This document shows, piece after piece, positions 28,363-38,742 of a DNA stretch of 64,000 nucleotides; position 1 is the first letter of the stretch; every line of letters begins with the position of its first letter. Source of the DNA: Candidatus Shapirobacteria bacterium (lineage in GTDB: Bacteria; Patescibacteriota; Microgenomatia; UBA12405); contig JBAYIT010000001.1 in NCBI GenBank assembly GCA_041665485.1, forward strand, positions 73,884 to 137,883, read 5' to 3'. Both the position numbers and the translations under genes were made by a program. Below the pieces are notes generated by a model. The model did not search any database. It was not told the origin of the DNA and saw nothing but the letters and a program-made list of their open reading frames with translations.

Positions 28363-29553
28363 GTGAAAAAAAATATAAAAATTGCCTATTTTTTGTCTTT
28401 TCTTAGTGAATTATACTTTCCAATATCGGTATGGTTGTTTTACTACCTTAGGTTTTTAGATTTTAAACAAATTGGTGTTTTGACGGCGGTAAAACTAATT
28501 TCATCAAATTTGTTTGAAGTGCCAACCGGGGTGTTTGCCGATGTGTTTGGGAGGAAAAAGGCAATAGTGATATCTTTTTTTCTATACGGATTGGTAATGC
28601 TTGGCTTTGCTAATGTGTCGGTATTTTGGATGTTTATAGTGCTTGATGTGCTAAAAGCGCTTAGTAACGCTTTCTTTTCGGGAAGTTTGGAGGCCTTAAT
28701 TTACGACTCATTAAAAAATGAAGGGAAAGAGAGTCAATACGACAAAGTGGTGGCAAACATGGAATCAATGGCGTGGGTGGGATTATTTATTTCAGCGATT
28801 GGTGGCGGATATTTATATTATTATTGGTTTAGGTCCCCATATATTGTTCAGGGTGGATTATATTTGGTAGCGGCGGTGATAGCCTTGAGGTTAGTGGAAC
28901 CAAAAATTGATTCGCAAAAATTTAAGTTATCGGAGGCAATTAAATTTAATCTTGTTGGTTTTAAGGAACTTTTTGCCAATTCGAAGGTTTCACAGCTATC
29001 AACGATCTTTATTACTTTGGGCGCCGGGTATTTTATTGCTTCGGAAATGCTAGGGATCTCGCAAGCCAAGGAATATGGAATGGATTCAAGAGGGGTTGGA
29101 TTTTTGTTTGGAACCGGTTATATTGTTTCGGCGATTGCCTCACAGTTTTACCCGAGATTAAAAAGGTGGTTAGGGGTAGAGAGATTACTATTGATTGCGG
29201 CTGGGATTTTATTAGGATCATTTTTGCTGGCCAAATGGGTTGGGGTGGTCGTTGGTTCATTATTAATAATTGGGAGAATTTCAAGTTCAACGACCTTTAG
29301 AAATACAAGATCAAGCGTGATAAACGGACTAGTTAATTCAAAAAGTCGAGCAACAACAATTTCAACATTAGTTTTGTTGTCACAATTACCCATGGCTCTG
29401 ATGGCCTATTTTATGGGTGATTATATTGATAAAAATTCTCCTAATTCTTTGGCTTGGGTATTGGGATTAGTAATGATCGGCCTTTTGGTCGGTCAATTAA
29501 TAGTTTTTAGGAGAAAAGGGGGTTTGCAATATCCACCTTGCATTATTGGGTAA
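28363..29553 (+). CDS. MFS transporter
   Basis: EVPTG.FAD.FGRK, ALIYDSLK, RATTIS. Confidence 0.88.
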   Translation: MKKNIKIAYFLSFLSELYFPISVWLFYYLRFLDFKQIGVLTAVKLISSNLFEVPTGVFADVFGRKKAIVISFFLYGLVMLGFANVSVFWMFIVLDVLKALSNAFFSGSLEALIYDSLKNEGKESQYDKVVANMESMAWVGLFISAIGGGYLYYYWFRSPYIVQGGLYLVAAVIALRLVEPKIDSQKFKLSEAIKFNLVGFKELFANSKVSQLSTIFITLGAGYFIASEMLGISQAKEYGMDSRGVGFLFGTGYIVSAIASQFYPRLKRWLGVERLLLIAAGILLGSFLLAKWVGVVVGSLLIIGRISSSTTFRNTRSSVINGLVNSKSRATTISTLVLLSQLPMALMAYFMGDYIDKNSPNSLAWVLGLVMIGLLVGQLIVFRRKGGLQYPPCIIG

Positions 29554-29572
29554 TGTGTTTTTAGATTAGAGT

Positions 29573-30970
29573 GTGTTTCATGAAAAATGCGCAGTGTTTG
29601 GAATCTATGGAACTGATCCGTCAATTGAGGCGGCCAGGTTGGTCCACACTGGTTTGTGGGCACTGCAACACCGAGGCCAAGAAAGTTCGGGAATTGTTAG
29701 TTCAGATGGAAGTAGTTTGTCGGTCCATAAAGGGATGGGATTAGTGGCTCATGTTTATGATGAAAAATGTTTTGACTCACTGGCCGGGGAGTTGGCAATT
29801 GGCCATAATCGTTATGCAACCTCCGGACCGTCGGAAATAAGCCATGTTCAACCGGTGATTTCCCAAGATCGCAATTTGGCAATGGCCCACAATGGAAACT
29901 TGCCAACCACAACTCGATTAAGCAGATTTTTAATCAGCAAAGGAATTAGCCCCCGCTTTAATAATGATTCGGAATTGATGTACAAAGCAGTGGCGTATTA
30001 TTTTGTAAAGGGGCTGGGATTACCAGAGGCGGTGGCCAAGGCTTTTCCACTGTTTACGGGAGTATTCTCGACACTTTTTATGTCAGTAGACACGATGGTA
30101 GCGGTGCGAGACAGGAGAGGAATCAGGCCATTATCACTTGGGAAGATAGATGGAATCGGGCATGTAATTTCATCAGAAACATGTGCGATTAATACGGTTG
30201 GCGGGGAATATGTGCGGGATATTAAACCAGCAGAAATGGTGGTTATAAACAAATCGGGGATTTCCTCCCAACTGCTGACAAAAGGGAAAGAGATGTTGGA
30301 TGCATTTGAATTTGTCTACTTTTCCCGGCCAGATAGTTACCTGGCGGGAAAAAGCGTAAATGAAGTGCGGAAGGAATCGGGCCGGCAGTTGGCAAAAGAG
30401 AATCCAAACATAAAGGCTGACCTGGTGATTCCTGTCCCTGATTCCGGCATTCCGGCGGCGATTGGTTTTTCCCAGGCCTCGGGCATTCCTTTTGACATGG
30501 GATTGATAAAAAATCGCTATATTCACCGAACATTCATTCGACCAGCCCAAAGTTTAAGAAAAAATGACGTCAGGTTAAAATTAAATCCATTGCCTTCGGT
30601 GCTAAAGGATAAACGAGTGATACTGATTGACGATTCAATAGTTCGAGGAACTACCAGTGAAGAAATAGTTAGCCTGTTAAGGCAGGCGGGGGCCAAAGAA
30701 GTCCATTTTCTGATCAGTTCACCGCCAGTTAAATACCCTGATTTTTACGGCATTAATACCCCGAATCAAAACGAATTAATCGCGGCAACGAAAACAATTC
30801 CGGAAATTAAAAAATTTATTAAGGCTGATAGCCTGGCGTATTTGTCTTTGAAAGGCCTAGTAAAAGCAATTGGCCTACCACAAAGGGATATTTGCACATC
30901 TTGCTTTACCGGTAAATACCCAGTTAGTATCGGCTTAAATAAAAAGACGATCAAGTTCTTGGGTACTTAA
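29573..30970 (+). CDS. purF: amidophosphoribosyltransferase
   Basis: HEKCAVFG, LQHRGQE, GHNRYAT, VPDSG, DDSIVRGTTS. Confidence 0.93.
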   Translation: MFHEKCAVFGIYGTDPSIEAARLVHTGLWALQHRGQESSGIVSSDGSSLSVHKGMGLVAHVYDEKCFDSLAGELAIGHNRYATSGPSEISHVQPVISQDRNLAMAHNGNLPTTTRLSRFLISKGISPRFNNDSELMYKAVAYYFVKGLGLPEAVAKAFPLFTGVFSTLFMSVDTMVAVRDRRGIRPLSLGKIDGIGHVISSETCAINTVGGEYVRDIKPAEMVVINKSGISSQLLTKGKEMLDAFEFVYFSRPDSYLAGKSVNEVRKESGRQLAKENPNIKADLVIPVPDSGIPAAIGFSQASGIPFDMGLIKNRYIHRTFIRPAQSLRKNDVRLKLNPLPSVLKDKRVILIDDSIVRGTTSEEIVSLLRQAGAKEVHFLISSPPVKYPDFYGINTPNQNELIAATKTIPEIKKFIKADSLAYLSLKGLVKAIGLPQRDICTSCFTGKYPVSIGLNKKTIKFLGT

Positions 30971-31678
30971 ACCGTGGCAGTCGATAGTTTTTTGTAAAAA
31001 TGTGACTTTATCTCCAAACCTATCTCCAAAGGCTTTAGTTACTCTTTCTGAATTGACCAAGCCATCGTTGGGGGCAGTGATAATGGTAAACGAAATACCC
31101 TTTTTGATGAAAAGGTAGTAAGCGTCAAGAGATTGAGAAGTAGTGGGGTAGTTAACCAGCCCACCCAAACGATTGATGCTTGGAGAAATGACGTCGAGGC
31201 TAATGGCCGGGCAAACGAGGGTTACTGTTTTAACCCGATTAAGCCATTCCAGTTGGCAACCGGAAGCAGCAAGGGACAAAGAAGCAGCACCGACTGAATG
31301 AGCGATGATATTAATGTCCCCTTTTGTATAAGACAATGGTTTTCCTAAATTCCAGGAATAAGGGAGGGTTGGTCCAAGATATGAATGAATAAAAGCCGTG
31401 TTGGGATGATTTTGATGAAATCGAACAATTGTTTTTTCGAGACGGGAGCCAATGCTTTGTGATAATTCCAATAGTTTTTCCGGCCAACCAGTAGCAAGAA
31501 CAGAATTACTTGTTGCCTTTCCAATATTGTCGGTGCCAGCCCAGTGATTTTCACGATCATGAATCATGTTAATATCGCCGACAGTTAATATTTCAGTGTA
31601 GTGAGGTGGTTGAGCAAGGACGGCGCCGGCGGTGGCAAGTGCAGTAGCTCTCAAAAAACCTCTACGGTCAATACTCAT
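30935..31678 (-). CDS. putative exported alpha/beta hydrolase
   Basis: SIDRRGFL twin-arginine-like N-terminus; AHSVG, D.LV, H. Confidence 0.55.
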   Translation of the reverse strand: MSIDRRGFLRATALATAGAVLAQPPHYTEILTVGDINMIHDRENHWAGTDNIGKATSNSVLATGWPEKLLELSQSIGSRLEKTIVRFHQNHPNTAFIHSYLGPTLPYSWNLGKPLSYTKGDINIIAHSVGAASLSLAASGCQLEWLNRVKTVTLVCPAISLDVISPSINRLGGLVNYPTTSQSLDAYYLFIKKGISFTIITAPNDGLVNSERVTKAFGDRFGDKVTFLQKTIDCHGLSTQELDRLFI

Positions 31679-31796
31679 ATACTGATAATACCTCACCAGT
31701 TTTGGCTTTGGTAAAGAAAAATTTTCTTAATTAAAATGCTAGACTAATTTAAGATGGGCGAAGCTTTATCTATTAGAGGTTGTATCCTTTTATAAA

Positions 31797-33227
31797 ATGT
31801 GGCTAGAGAAGAAAAGTTTGAAGGATAAAGTATTTCTTTTGGCAATATTGGGGCTGTGTTATTTGACATTTTTTCATCATTTAGATGAGTTTACGATCAG
31901 GCTGTGGGATGAGGGGCGAAATGCAGTCAGTGCTCTAGAAATGATTAAAAATGGAAATCCGATAGTTACCTACTTTAACGGCATTCCCGATACCTGGAAC
32001 ACTAAACCGCCATTGCAAATATGGATAGTGGCGATAATGTATAAAATTTTTGGGGTTAATGAATTGGCACTAAGGTTGCCTTCGGCAATAGCGGCATCTC
32101 TGGTGGTGATATTAATATTTGGATTCGGACTGAAAATATTAAAAAATAGATGGATAGGTTTGTTGGGAGCACTGATTATTTTATCGAGTATGGGTTTCCC
32201 AGATATTCATATTGGCCGAACGGGTGATTATGATGCTTTATTGGTGTTGTTTATATCTCTGGGTAGTTTGTCTTTTTTTGGCTATTTGGAAAACAAGGCA
32301 AATAAATGGATGTACTTTAGTGGCTTGTTTTTTGTATTGGCGGTTTTGACGAAAGGAGTGGCGGGGTTATTAATATGCCCGGGAATAGTATTGTATGTAT
32401 TGTTTTCGGGCAATTTGATTTGGTTGGCAAAGAAGAAAGGCTTTTGGGAAACGGTATTATTAGCTTTATTAGTTATTGGTAGTTACTATTTGGGGCGGGA
32501 GGCATTAAATCAGGGATATTTGGCGGAGGTGTGGCGGGAGGAGGTTTGGAACAGGTCACAAAATAATCTGGGGGCGAATAGTAGTGATTTTTGGTATTAC
32601 TGGAAACTGTTGGCGAGTTTCAGATTTCAGAAATGGATATATTTCGTGCCCTTGTCAATTGTTGCCGTGCTTCTGACTAAAAATAAGGTAATTAAAAGAT
32701 TTGTTGTGTTTGCGTTTTTAATTACTGTTTCTTATTTTTTAATAATTTCGAAGACCGAGACTAAACAGATGTGGTATGACGCTCAACTATATCCATTTAT
32801 GTCGCTATTGGTGGCAATTTTTATTATTGAGATGATTAATAGAGTTCCGCTTTTACTAAGACTCGCACCAATTTTAATAGTTTGTTTTTACATGCAAAGG
32901 TATATTCGGACGAATATTGCCTACATAAATCGGCCGGATTTGGAAAAGTCGGAGGCGTGCTTGAAATATGGTTATTTGTTTCGGGATAAATCAATTAATA
33001 AGAGTGGATTTGTTGGCGTTCATAAGGCCAGCTGGTGTAATCCAATATATTTTTATTTGGAAAGAGAAGGGCTCAAAAGAAAGGAAATCTCACAATTAAC
33101 TGTTGGCGACAAAGCCTTAACTTGCGACAGTATTACTTTTAATGAAATTAAGGAGAGGTACGAAATTGGAATGATTTTTGATAATCGGGATGGATGTTTG
33201 GGGTTTGAGATTAGGGGGATAAAATAA
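31797..33227 (+). CDS. ArnT/PMT-like (GT-C) membrane glycosyltransferase
   Basis: WDEGR, KPPL, RLPSA, LTKG, multi-TM. Confidence 0.88.
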   Translation: MWLEKKSLKDKVFLLAILGLCYLTFFHHLDEFTIRLWDEGRNAVSALEMIKNGNPIVTYFNGIPDTWNTKPPLQIWIVAIMYKIFGVNELALRLPSAIAASLVVILIFGFGLKILKNRWIGLLGALIILSSMGFPDIHIGRTGDYDALLVLFISLGSLSFFGYLENKANKWMYFSGLFFVLAVLTKGVAGLLICPGIVLYVLFSGNLIWLAKKKGFWETVLLALLVIGSYYLGREALNQGYLAEVWREEVWNRSQNNLGANSSDFWYYWKLLASFRFQKWIYFVPLSIVAVLLTKNKVIKRFVVFAFLITVSYFLIISKTETKQMWYDAQLYPFMSLLVAIFIIEMINRVPLLLRLAPILIVCFYMQRYIRTNIAYINRPDLEKSEACLKYGYLFRDKSINKSGFVGVHKASWCNPIYFYLEREGLKRKEISQLTVGDKALTCDSITFNEIKERYEIGMIFDNRDGCLGFEIRGIK

Positions 33228-33262
33228 TGGTTTTGGACCTCCTTTCTTTATTAAGTTAGGTG

Positions 33263-34948
33263 TTAAGTTTCTTCTAATAGCAAAGTTGTGTCGGCGTCTA
33301 AGCCGTTTTTCTTATAGACAATTACTCCCATGCTTTTGGCAACTTCGACAATAACTTCTGGCTCGTTGGCCCCTTGAGAAATTTGTTTTAAAACCTGTTT
33401 GGCTAATCTAAACCTGGCTGAAATTGTAGGCGGTTTGATTTCGTTTGGACCAGGTTTCACTAAAGCATAGATGCCGTCGGTGGAGCGAACAACGGATAAA
33501 AATATAAACGGGTCTGATAAAAAGTTAAAGAGATCGGCAAGACCGTGCCCGCAAAAATCGGCCACTTGATGGGTGTGGATTAGCCCGACCCGTTCTTTTA
33601 TCGGCTGGGAATAAACCCGAGGCAGAGAGCAAAAGGCGGATCCGGCCCTAGCACCAACGACATAGGCTGTTGGAATATTGGTTTTACCTGGAAAGATCAT
33701 AATATTGGCCGCCCACTCCTGACCAGAGTCTTGAGCGACTTGATTGAGATGGTCTGCGTGGGGTTGAATTTCACTTAGATCCAAAAACCGACCACCAGTG
33801 GCAGTGTTAACGACACAATGAGGGGCTGACCATTCATCAAATATTTGCCGAGAGGTTGCCAGATTTTCTGGGTCGGGTTCGCTTTGGATTCTTTGAAAGG
33901 ACCTAATTAAATCGCGAACAAAGGCGAGACTGTTTTGGCCTTGATGCAGAAGTTTCCTTAAGCGAGTGGGTAGATTAATTTTTGCTTGTTGTTCTTCAAG
34001 ACCAATTAATTCATCCTTGCTTAGTTTAATGTCACCAAAGAGCTCTTCATATTGGGCCATTTCTGCAACCTTGGTGGGGTCTAAGGGTTGATAATTAAAT
34101 TTATCTAACTCATTCTTTAAATAAGCGGTAACAACTGTTTTTTCGGCAACCTCAAAAGCCATTCCCTGAGAGTGGAGCCACAGAACCGTCCAGGCGTTTT
34201 CAGGATTGTTGGTGAAATAGCCAACAGCAAAGGCTCTGTTGGCGCGAGCAGAACCAACATTGGCCATGGTTTGATATGGATTAGGGTCGCCCAGAAACTC
34301 GCCAATATTTAATTCTCCGCGTTGAGCAAACATGGCATTAAAGTCCGATTCGTGCTGAAGGTAGGTTGCAAACCGCCTCAAAAGTGGATCGTTTGTCTCT
34401 TCTGGGCCTAAAATCCAGGGGGCAATTAGATAATCTGCGGCTCTGCCAGAGAGAACGGCCTCAAGATATGCTTCTGGGGTGACAGCGGCGGTTAGGATTC
34501 GGTCGCCATTGTCATGATCTACAAATGGGCGAGATCCAGATTCAATTTCAAGTAAACGGTTAACAGTGTATGTTAAGGCGTTGTTTAGTGGCAAAATTCC
34601 GGTTTCTTGAAGGTAATGAGTGTCTTCGTGGGCCAAAACTGGTTCATCAAAACCACCACGAGGAATATCAATATCGTTCGGGAAAAGACCTAAGGAGTCT
34701 TTAACGATACTTCCAGCACTGGCGTCGCGACCGTCTTCCCAAGAAAGCCGATAGATGGTGTGTCGAGCGATTTGCTGAACTAGGTGGGCTCTTTGGGTTA
34801 GGGGACGATCTCGTAATAGCCGGTCAGTCAAACGAGCGCCAACAGCCGTGACAGTGTCCCTATCGGCTGGTTCAAGTTCGGTGACGAAAGCTCTTCTTAA
34901 AGCATCTCTGGTTCCCGGTTTGGTGTTTTGATCAACGGTGTGTGGCAT
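33263..34948 (-). CDS. hypothetical protein with HExxH and JAB/MPN-like motifs
   Basis: LAHEDTH; QEW...GLIHTHQ...AD. Confidence 0.55.
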   Translation of the reverse strand: MPHTVDQNTKPGTRDALRRAFVTELEPADRDTVTAVGARLTDRLLRDRPLTQRAHLVQQIARHTIYRLSWEDGRDASAGSIVKDSLGLFPNDIDIPRGGFDEPVLAHEDTHYLQETGILPLNNALTYTVNRLLEIESGSRPFVDHDNGDRILTAAVTPEAYLEAVLSGRAADYLIAPWILGPEETNDPLLRRFATYLQHESDFNAMFAQRGELNIGEFLGDPNPYQTMANVGSARANRAFAVGYFTNNPENAWTVLWLHSQGMAFEVAEKTVVTAYLKNELDKFNYQPLDPTKVAEMAQYEELFGDIKLSKDELIGLEEQQAKINLPTRLRKLLHQGQNSLAFVRDLIRSFQRIQSEPDPENLATSRQIFDEWSAPHCVVNTATGGRFLDLSEIQPHADHLNQVAQDSGQEWAANIMIFPGKTNIPTAYVVGARAGSAFCSLPRVYSQPIKERVGLIHTHQVADFCGHGLADLFNFLSDPFIFLSVVRSTDGIYALVKPGPNEIKPPTISARFRLAKQVLKQISQGANEPEVIVEVAKSMGVIVYKKNGLDADTTLLLEET

Positions 34949-35010
34949 ATTTTAGTGCCTGGCGCTTAGGATTAGTCTCGGTAAGTTTAACAGTTTGTTA
35001 GAATAGATTT

Positions 35011-35409
35011 ATGAATGAAACATATAATTGGTATCAGCAGTTAATTAAACCAAGTTGGGCACCGCCAAGCTGGCTGTTTGGGCCGGTGTGGTCGGTGCTT
35101 TATTTAATTATTGCCATTTCTTTTGGCTATGTTTTTTATTTGGCAATTAAGGGAAGAATTTCGTGGGTAATGGCCTTACCTTTTATTTTGAATCTGGTTT
35201 TTAATTTGATTTTTACCCCAATTCAATTTGGGTTGAGAAATAATTTATTAGCGGCAGTTGATATCTTGGCGGTGTTAGTGACAATGATTTGGAGTTTTGT
35301 AGCGATTTTGCCGGTGGCGAGGTGGGTAGTAATAGCCAACGTCCCCTATCTTATTTGGGTGTCGTTTGCGACAGTGTTGCAATTTACGATTACATATTTA
35401 AACAAATAA
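35011..35409 (+). CDS. TspO/MBR family protein
   Basis: WY..L.KPSWAPP.WLFGPVW, PY..WV.FA..L. Confidence 0.92.
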   Translation: MNETYNWYQQLIKPSWAPPSWLFGPVWSVLYLIIAISFGYVFYLAIKGRISWVMALPFILNLVFNLIFTPIQFGLRNNLLAAVDILAVLVTMIWSFVAILPVARWVVIANVPYLIWVSFATVLQFTITYLNK

Positions 35410-35410
35410 A

Positions 35411-35809
35411 ATGTTTTTAAAGGCTTATCTTGTTTCCCTGGTTACTTTTTTAATGATTGACGGAGTGTGGCTGACAGTGGTGGCGAAAGATTTTTATGCC
35501 AAACATTTGGGATTTTTGATGACCAAAACGCCAAATTTGGCGGTGGCGGGGATATTTTACTTAATTTATATTTTGGGAATGGCGGTATTGGTGTTAATGC
35601 CGGCGATAGAAAAAGGGTCTTTGGCTAGAGCAATTTTAACTGGGGCACTGTTTGGGCTTTGCGGATACGCCACCTATGACTTAACTAACTTGGCGACCAT
35701 AAAAGATTGGCCAATTTTAGTGACGATAGTTGATTTGATCTGGGGGACAGTCTTGTCGGCAACAGTGGCAGGGGTGAGTTATCTGGTACTGACACGATGG
35801 TTGAAATAA
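35411..35809 (+). CDS. DUF2177 membrane protein
   Basis: D.VWL, FYLIY, YATYDLTN.AT...W, D..WG. Confidence 0.88.
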   Translation: MFLKAYLVSLVTFLMIDGVWLTVVAKDFYAKHLGFLMTKTPNLAVAGIFYLIYILGMAVLVLMPAIEKGSLARAILTGALFGLCGYATYDLTNLATIKDWPILVTIVDLIWGTVLSATVAGVSYLVLTRWLK

Positions 35810-36527
35810 ATAGCTTTGTTGTTGGCGGGTTTTTGATTTGGATTTACATGACAGGGTGGTTTGTAATTTCGAAAGTGGCCAAAAGAAATGATGTGGCTGA
35901 TATTGCTTGGGGATTGGGGTTTATTTTGGTAACGCTGGCTAACTTGACTATTTATCCGAACAGCAAATTGCTGGTATCACTCTTGTTAATTTCTACTTGG
36001 GGAATAAGGTTGGCTTACCATATTTACAATCGTAACAAAAAGAAAAAGGAGGACTATAGATATGAACAGTGGAAAAGTGGGACATATTTTAAGGTGTTTA
36101 TAACACAGGGGGTTTTATGTGGCTTATTTGTTGGCCAATTTTTTGGTCGGTTGGGGAAATAGAACAATTAAATTTAGTGGGGGTTTTAGTTTGGCTGGTT
36201 GGTTTTTACTTTGAGGCAGTGGGGGATTGGCAACTGAAAAAGTTTATTAAAAATCCGGAAAACAAGGGAAAGATTATGCAGTCTGGTTTATGGGCCTATA
36301 GCCGGCACCCTAATTATTTTGGCGAGGTAACAATGTGGTGGGGAATATGGCTACTTAATTTTAGCCAAAATTGGTGGACTGTGGTTGGGCCAATGACGAT
36401 AACTTTTTTGATTTTAAAGGTGTCGGGAGTTCCTCTATTGGAAAAAAAATATGAGGGAAATAAGGAATTTGAAGACTACAAAAAGAGAACTAGTATTTTC
36501 TTACCATTGCCACAAAGAAAAAAATGA
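35797..36527 (+). pseudogene. DUF1295 (steroid-5-alpha-reductase-like) protein, frameshifted
   Basis: DIAWG, WG.RL, EDYRY in one frame and E..GD.QL, SRHPNYFGE in another; shift at ggggg-tttt near 36108-36118. Confidence 0.8.
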
Positions 36528-37027
36528 TGAGACGAGTAAAAGTAATCGATTTGATGCAAAAGGGTTATGGCTACTACCTGACAGAATTGCAGGGTAAAAA
36601 TTTTGATCCGGTTTTTAAACCGGATCTAACACCAAAAGAAATGCTTGAAATGGGAGTGTTTGGAGGGAAATACATGACTGATTGCCGAAAAGAGTTTCCA
36701 AAGGACTGGTTTGAGAAGGCCAAACTGTGCCACGAGTTTCATGATCCAAGTATAAATTTTTTTGGAGTTAATGCTAGTCAGCCGTTATTTGTTTGGCGCA
36801 AAAATGGCTGGATTCATCCTGACGACCCACGAGGTTGGTTTCAATGGTATTGCCGATATTTTATGGGGCGAAGACATGAGGATGATCAAAGACAGATTCG
36901 CCGGTGGAGAGCAATGAAACGCCACATTACTCAAATCAGACTTAACTGCCAAGCGGGTGATTTAAACTGCCGAAAGAGGCAAAGACAGGCGGTGTTGCAC
37001 TGGGGGTATGATAGTAGGAGGATTTAA
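36524..37027 (+). CDS. conserved hypothetical protein
   Basis: TPKEML..GVFGGKY, DPRGWFQWYCRY..GRR, RQA.LHW. Confidence 0.8.
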   Translation: MMRRVKVIDLMQKGYGYYLTELQGKNFDPVFKPDLTPKEMLEMGVFGGKYMTDCRKEFPKDWFEKAKLCHEFHDPSINFFGVNASQPLFVWRKNGWIHPDDPRGWFQWYCRYFMGRRHEDDQRQIRRWRAMKRHITQIRLNCQAGDLNCRKRQRQAVLHWGYDSRRI

Positions 37028-38028
37028 GAGATTGGCAGTGTGACGGTGACGGTGGTGCCGTGATGAAGACGGCTGTAAACAACAATGGAACCATGGTGAG
37101 AGTCAACAATGTTTTTGGCGATAGAAAGCCCGAGTCCGTAACCAGGGGTGTCAGTGTGAGAACGGGCGGAATCGGCGCGATAAAAACGATCAAAGATGTG
37201 GGGTAGGTCTTTTTTACTAATACCGATACCGTGATCCTTAAAGAGGATTGACACGGATTTTGGGGACGGATTAACACGGATATTAATAGTCTTACCCGAG
37301 TGGCTGTACTTAATGGCATTATCGAGAAGGATAGTGAAGAGGTCGGTTAATTTATCGGTATCACCAGTGATTTTAACCGAAGAAATTTTGGTGACGATTT
37401 TTATTTTTTTGGCTTCGGCTTGAGGTTTAAGGCGAATGATAGAGCGGGAGATCATAGTTTTGAGAGGAAGCGAATTTTTAGGAATGTTTTTGGGATTTTG
37501 ATAGCGAGAAAGGTCGAGAAGATAATTAGAAAGCTGTTGAAGTTGGTCAACTTGGGATAAGCTACCAGCAATTAGACTTTTGGCTTCGGAAAGGGTTAGT
37601 TTGGGATCGCGAAGACTAACTTCAAGGGAAGTTTTAAGAGAGGTTAGAGGGGTGCGGAGTTCGTGGGAGGCATCAGAAACAAAACGATTTTGATCATCAA
37701 GCATGGTTTGAATAGGTTTGAGGGTGCGGCCGGCAAGAAAATAACCAAAACCGCCGGAAATTAGCAGGATACCGCCATTAATACTGATTAAGATCACCAG
37801 GAGACGATGGCGGATATCTTCAACTAATTCAATGTCGAGAGTGGAGAGTGGGGGTGGAGGTTCTTGTCGCCAATTAAATGGACGCTCAAGTCTAATGCGT
37901 TGAATACGGGTGACCCGCTCAAGTTCGACTGACAGAAGCCTGTAGATGAAAGTGCTAAAAAATAAACAAACCAACATAATGATAAACAAGTACCAAGCGG
38001 TAAGTTTGAGACGGGCGATTTCAAACAT
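37024..38028 (-). CDS. sensor histidine kinase
   Basis: DASHELRTPL, LLDNAIKY, DHGIG, FDRFYR, GLGL. Confidence 0.93.
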   Translation of the reverse strand: MFEIARLKLTAWYLFIIMLVCLFFSTFIYRLLSVELERVTRIQRIRLERPFNWRQEPPPPLSTLDIELVEDIRHRLLVILISINGGILLISGGFGYFLAGRTLKPIQTMLDDQNRFVSDASHELRTPLTSLKTSLEVSLRDPKLTLSEAKSLIAGSLSQVDQLQQLSNYLLDLSRYQNPKNIPKNSLPLKTMISRSIIRLKPQAEAKKIKIVTKISSVKITGDTDKLTDLFTILLDNAIKYSHSGKTINIRVNPSPKSVSILFKDHGIGISKKDLPHIFDRFYRADSARSHTDTPGYGLGLSIAKNIVDSHHGSIVVYSRLHHGTTVTVTLPIS

Positions 38029-38033
38029 GGTGA

Positions 38034-38690
38034 TTATTTCTCCCCTATTTTATAACCAAAACCACGGACAGTGTGAATTAAATTGGGAATCTTATGACGA
38101 AGATTTTTAATATAAACTTCGACAGTGTTGGGGAGAACATTGGCATCATAATTCCAGACTTGTTGAATAATTTGGTCTTTAGTAAGAATTCGATTTTGAT
38201 GGCGCATTAAACATTCAAGTAGGGCAAATTCTTTACTGGATAGACGAACGGATTTGTTGCCATGTTTAACTTCGAAAGAGACAGTATTAAGAGAAAGATT
38301 GCCAAGAATTAGAACGGGGTCACTGGTTTGGTGAGGACGGCGAGTGAGAGCACGAAGGCGGGCTAAAAGCTCTTCAAAAGCAAAAGGTTTGGTTAAGTAG
38401 TCGTCAGCACCTTGGTTTAAAAGAGTGACTTTGTCTTGGGTCTGGCTTTTAGCGGTGAGAATTAGAATCGGAGTATGAATATTCTGCCGACGTAATTTTT
38501 GGCAAATTTGGAGGCCATCTAACCCGGGAAGCATTAGGTCGAGAATGAGACAGTCAAAATCCCCGGTTGAGGCGAGATCGTAGCCGTCAGAGCCAGTATG
38601 GGCGACGTCGACAGCATAATGCTCAAGTTCGAGGCCTTTTTTAATGGAATTAGCAATTAAACGCTCATCTTCAACAATCAAGATTCTCAT
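38034..38690 (-). CDS. OmpR-family response regulator
   Basis: VEDE, LDLMLP, GADDY..KPF, TVRGFGY. Confidence 0.94.
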   Translation of the reverse strand: MRILIVEDERLIANSIKKGLELEHYAVDVAHTGSDGYDLASTGDFDCLILDLMLPGLDGLQICQKLRRQNIHTPILILTAKSQTQDKVTLLNQGADDYLTKPFAFEELLARLRALTRRPHQTSDPVLILGNLSLNTVSFEVKHGNKSVRLSSKEFALLECLMRHQNRILTKDQIIQQVWNYDANVLPNTVEVYIKNLRHKIPNLIHTVRGFGYKIGEK

Positions 38691-38742
38691 GATACTTGTA
38701 TTTTACGCTTGAAGCTGAATTCTGGCTGAAAAAATCCGTTCT

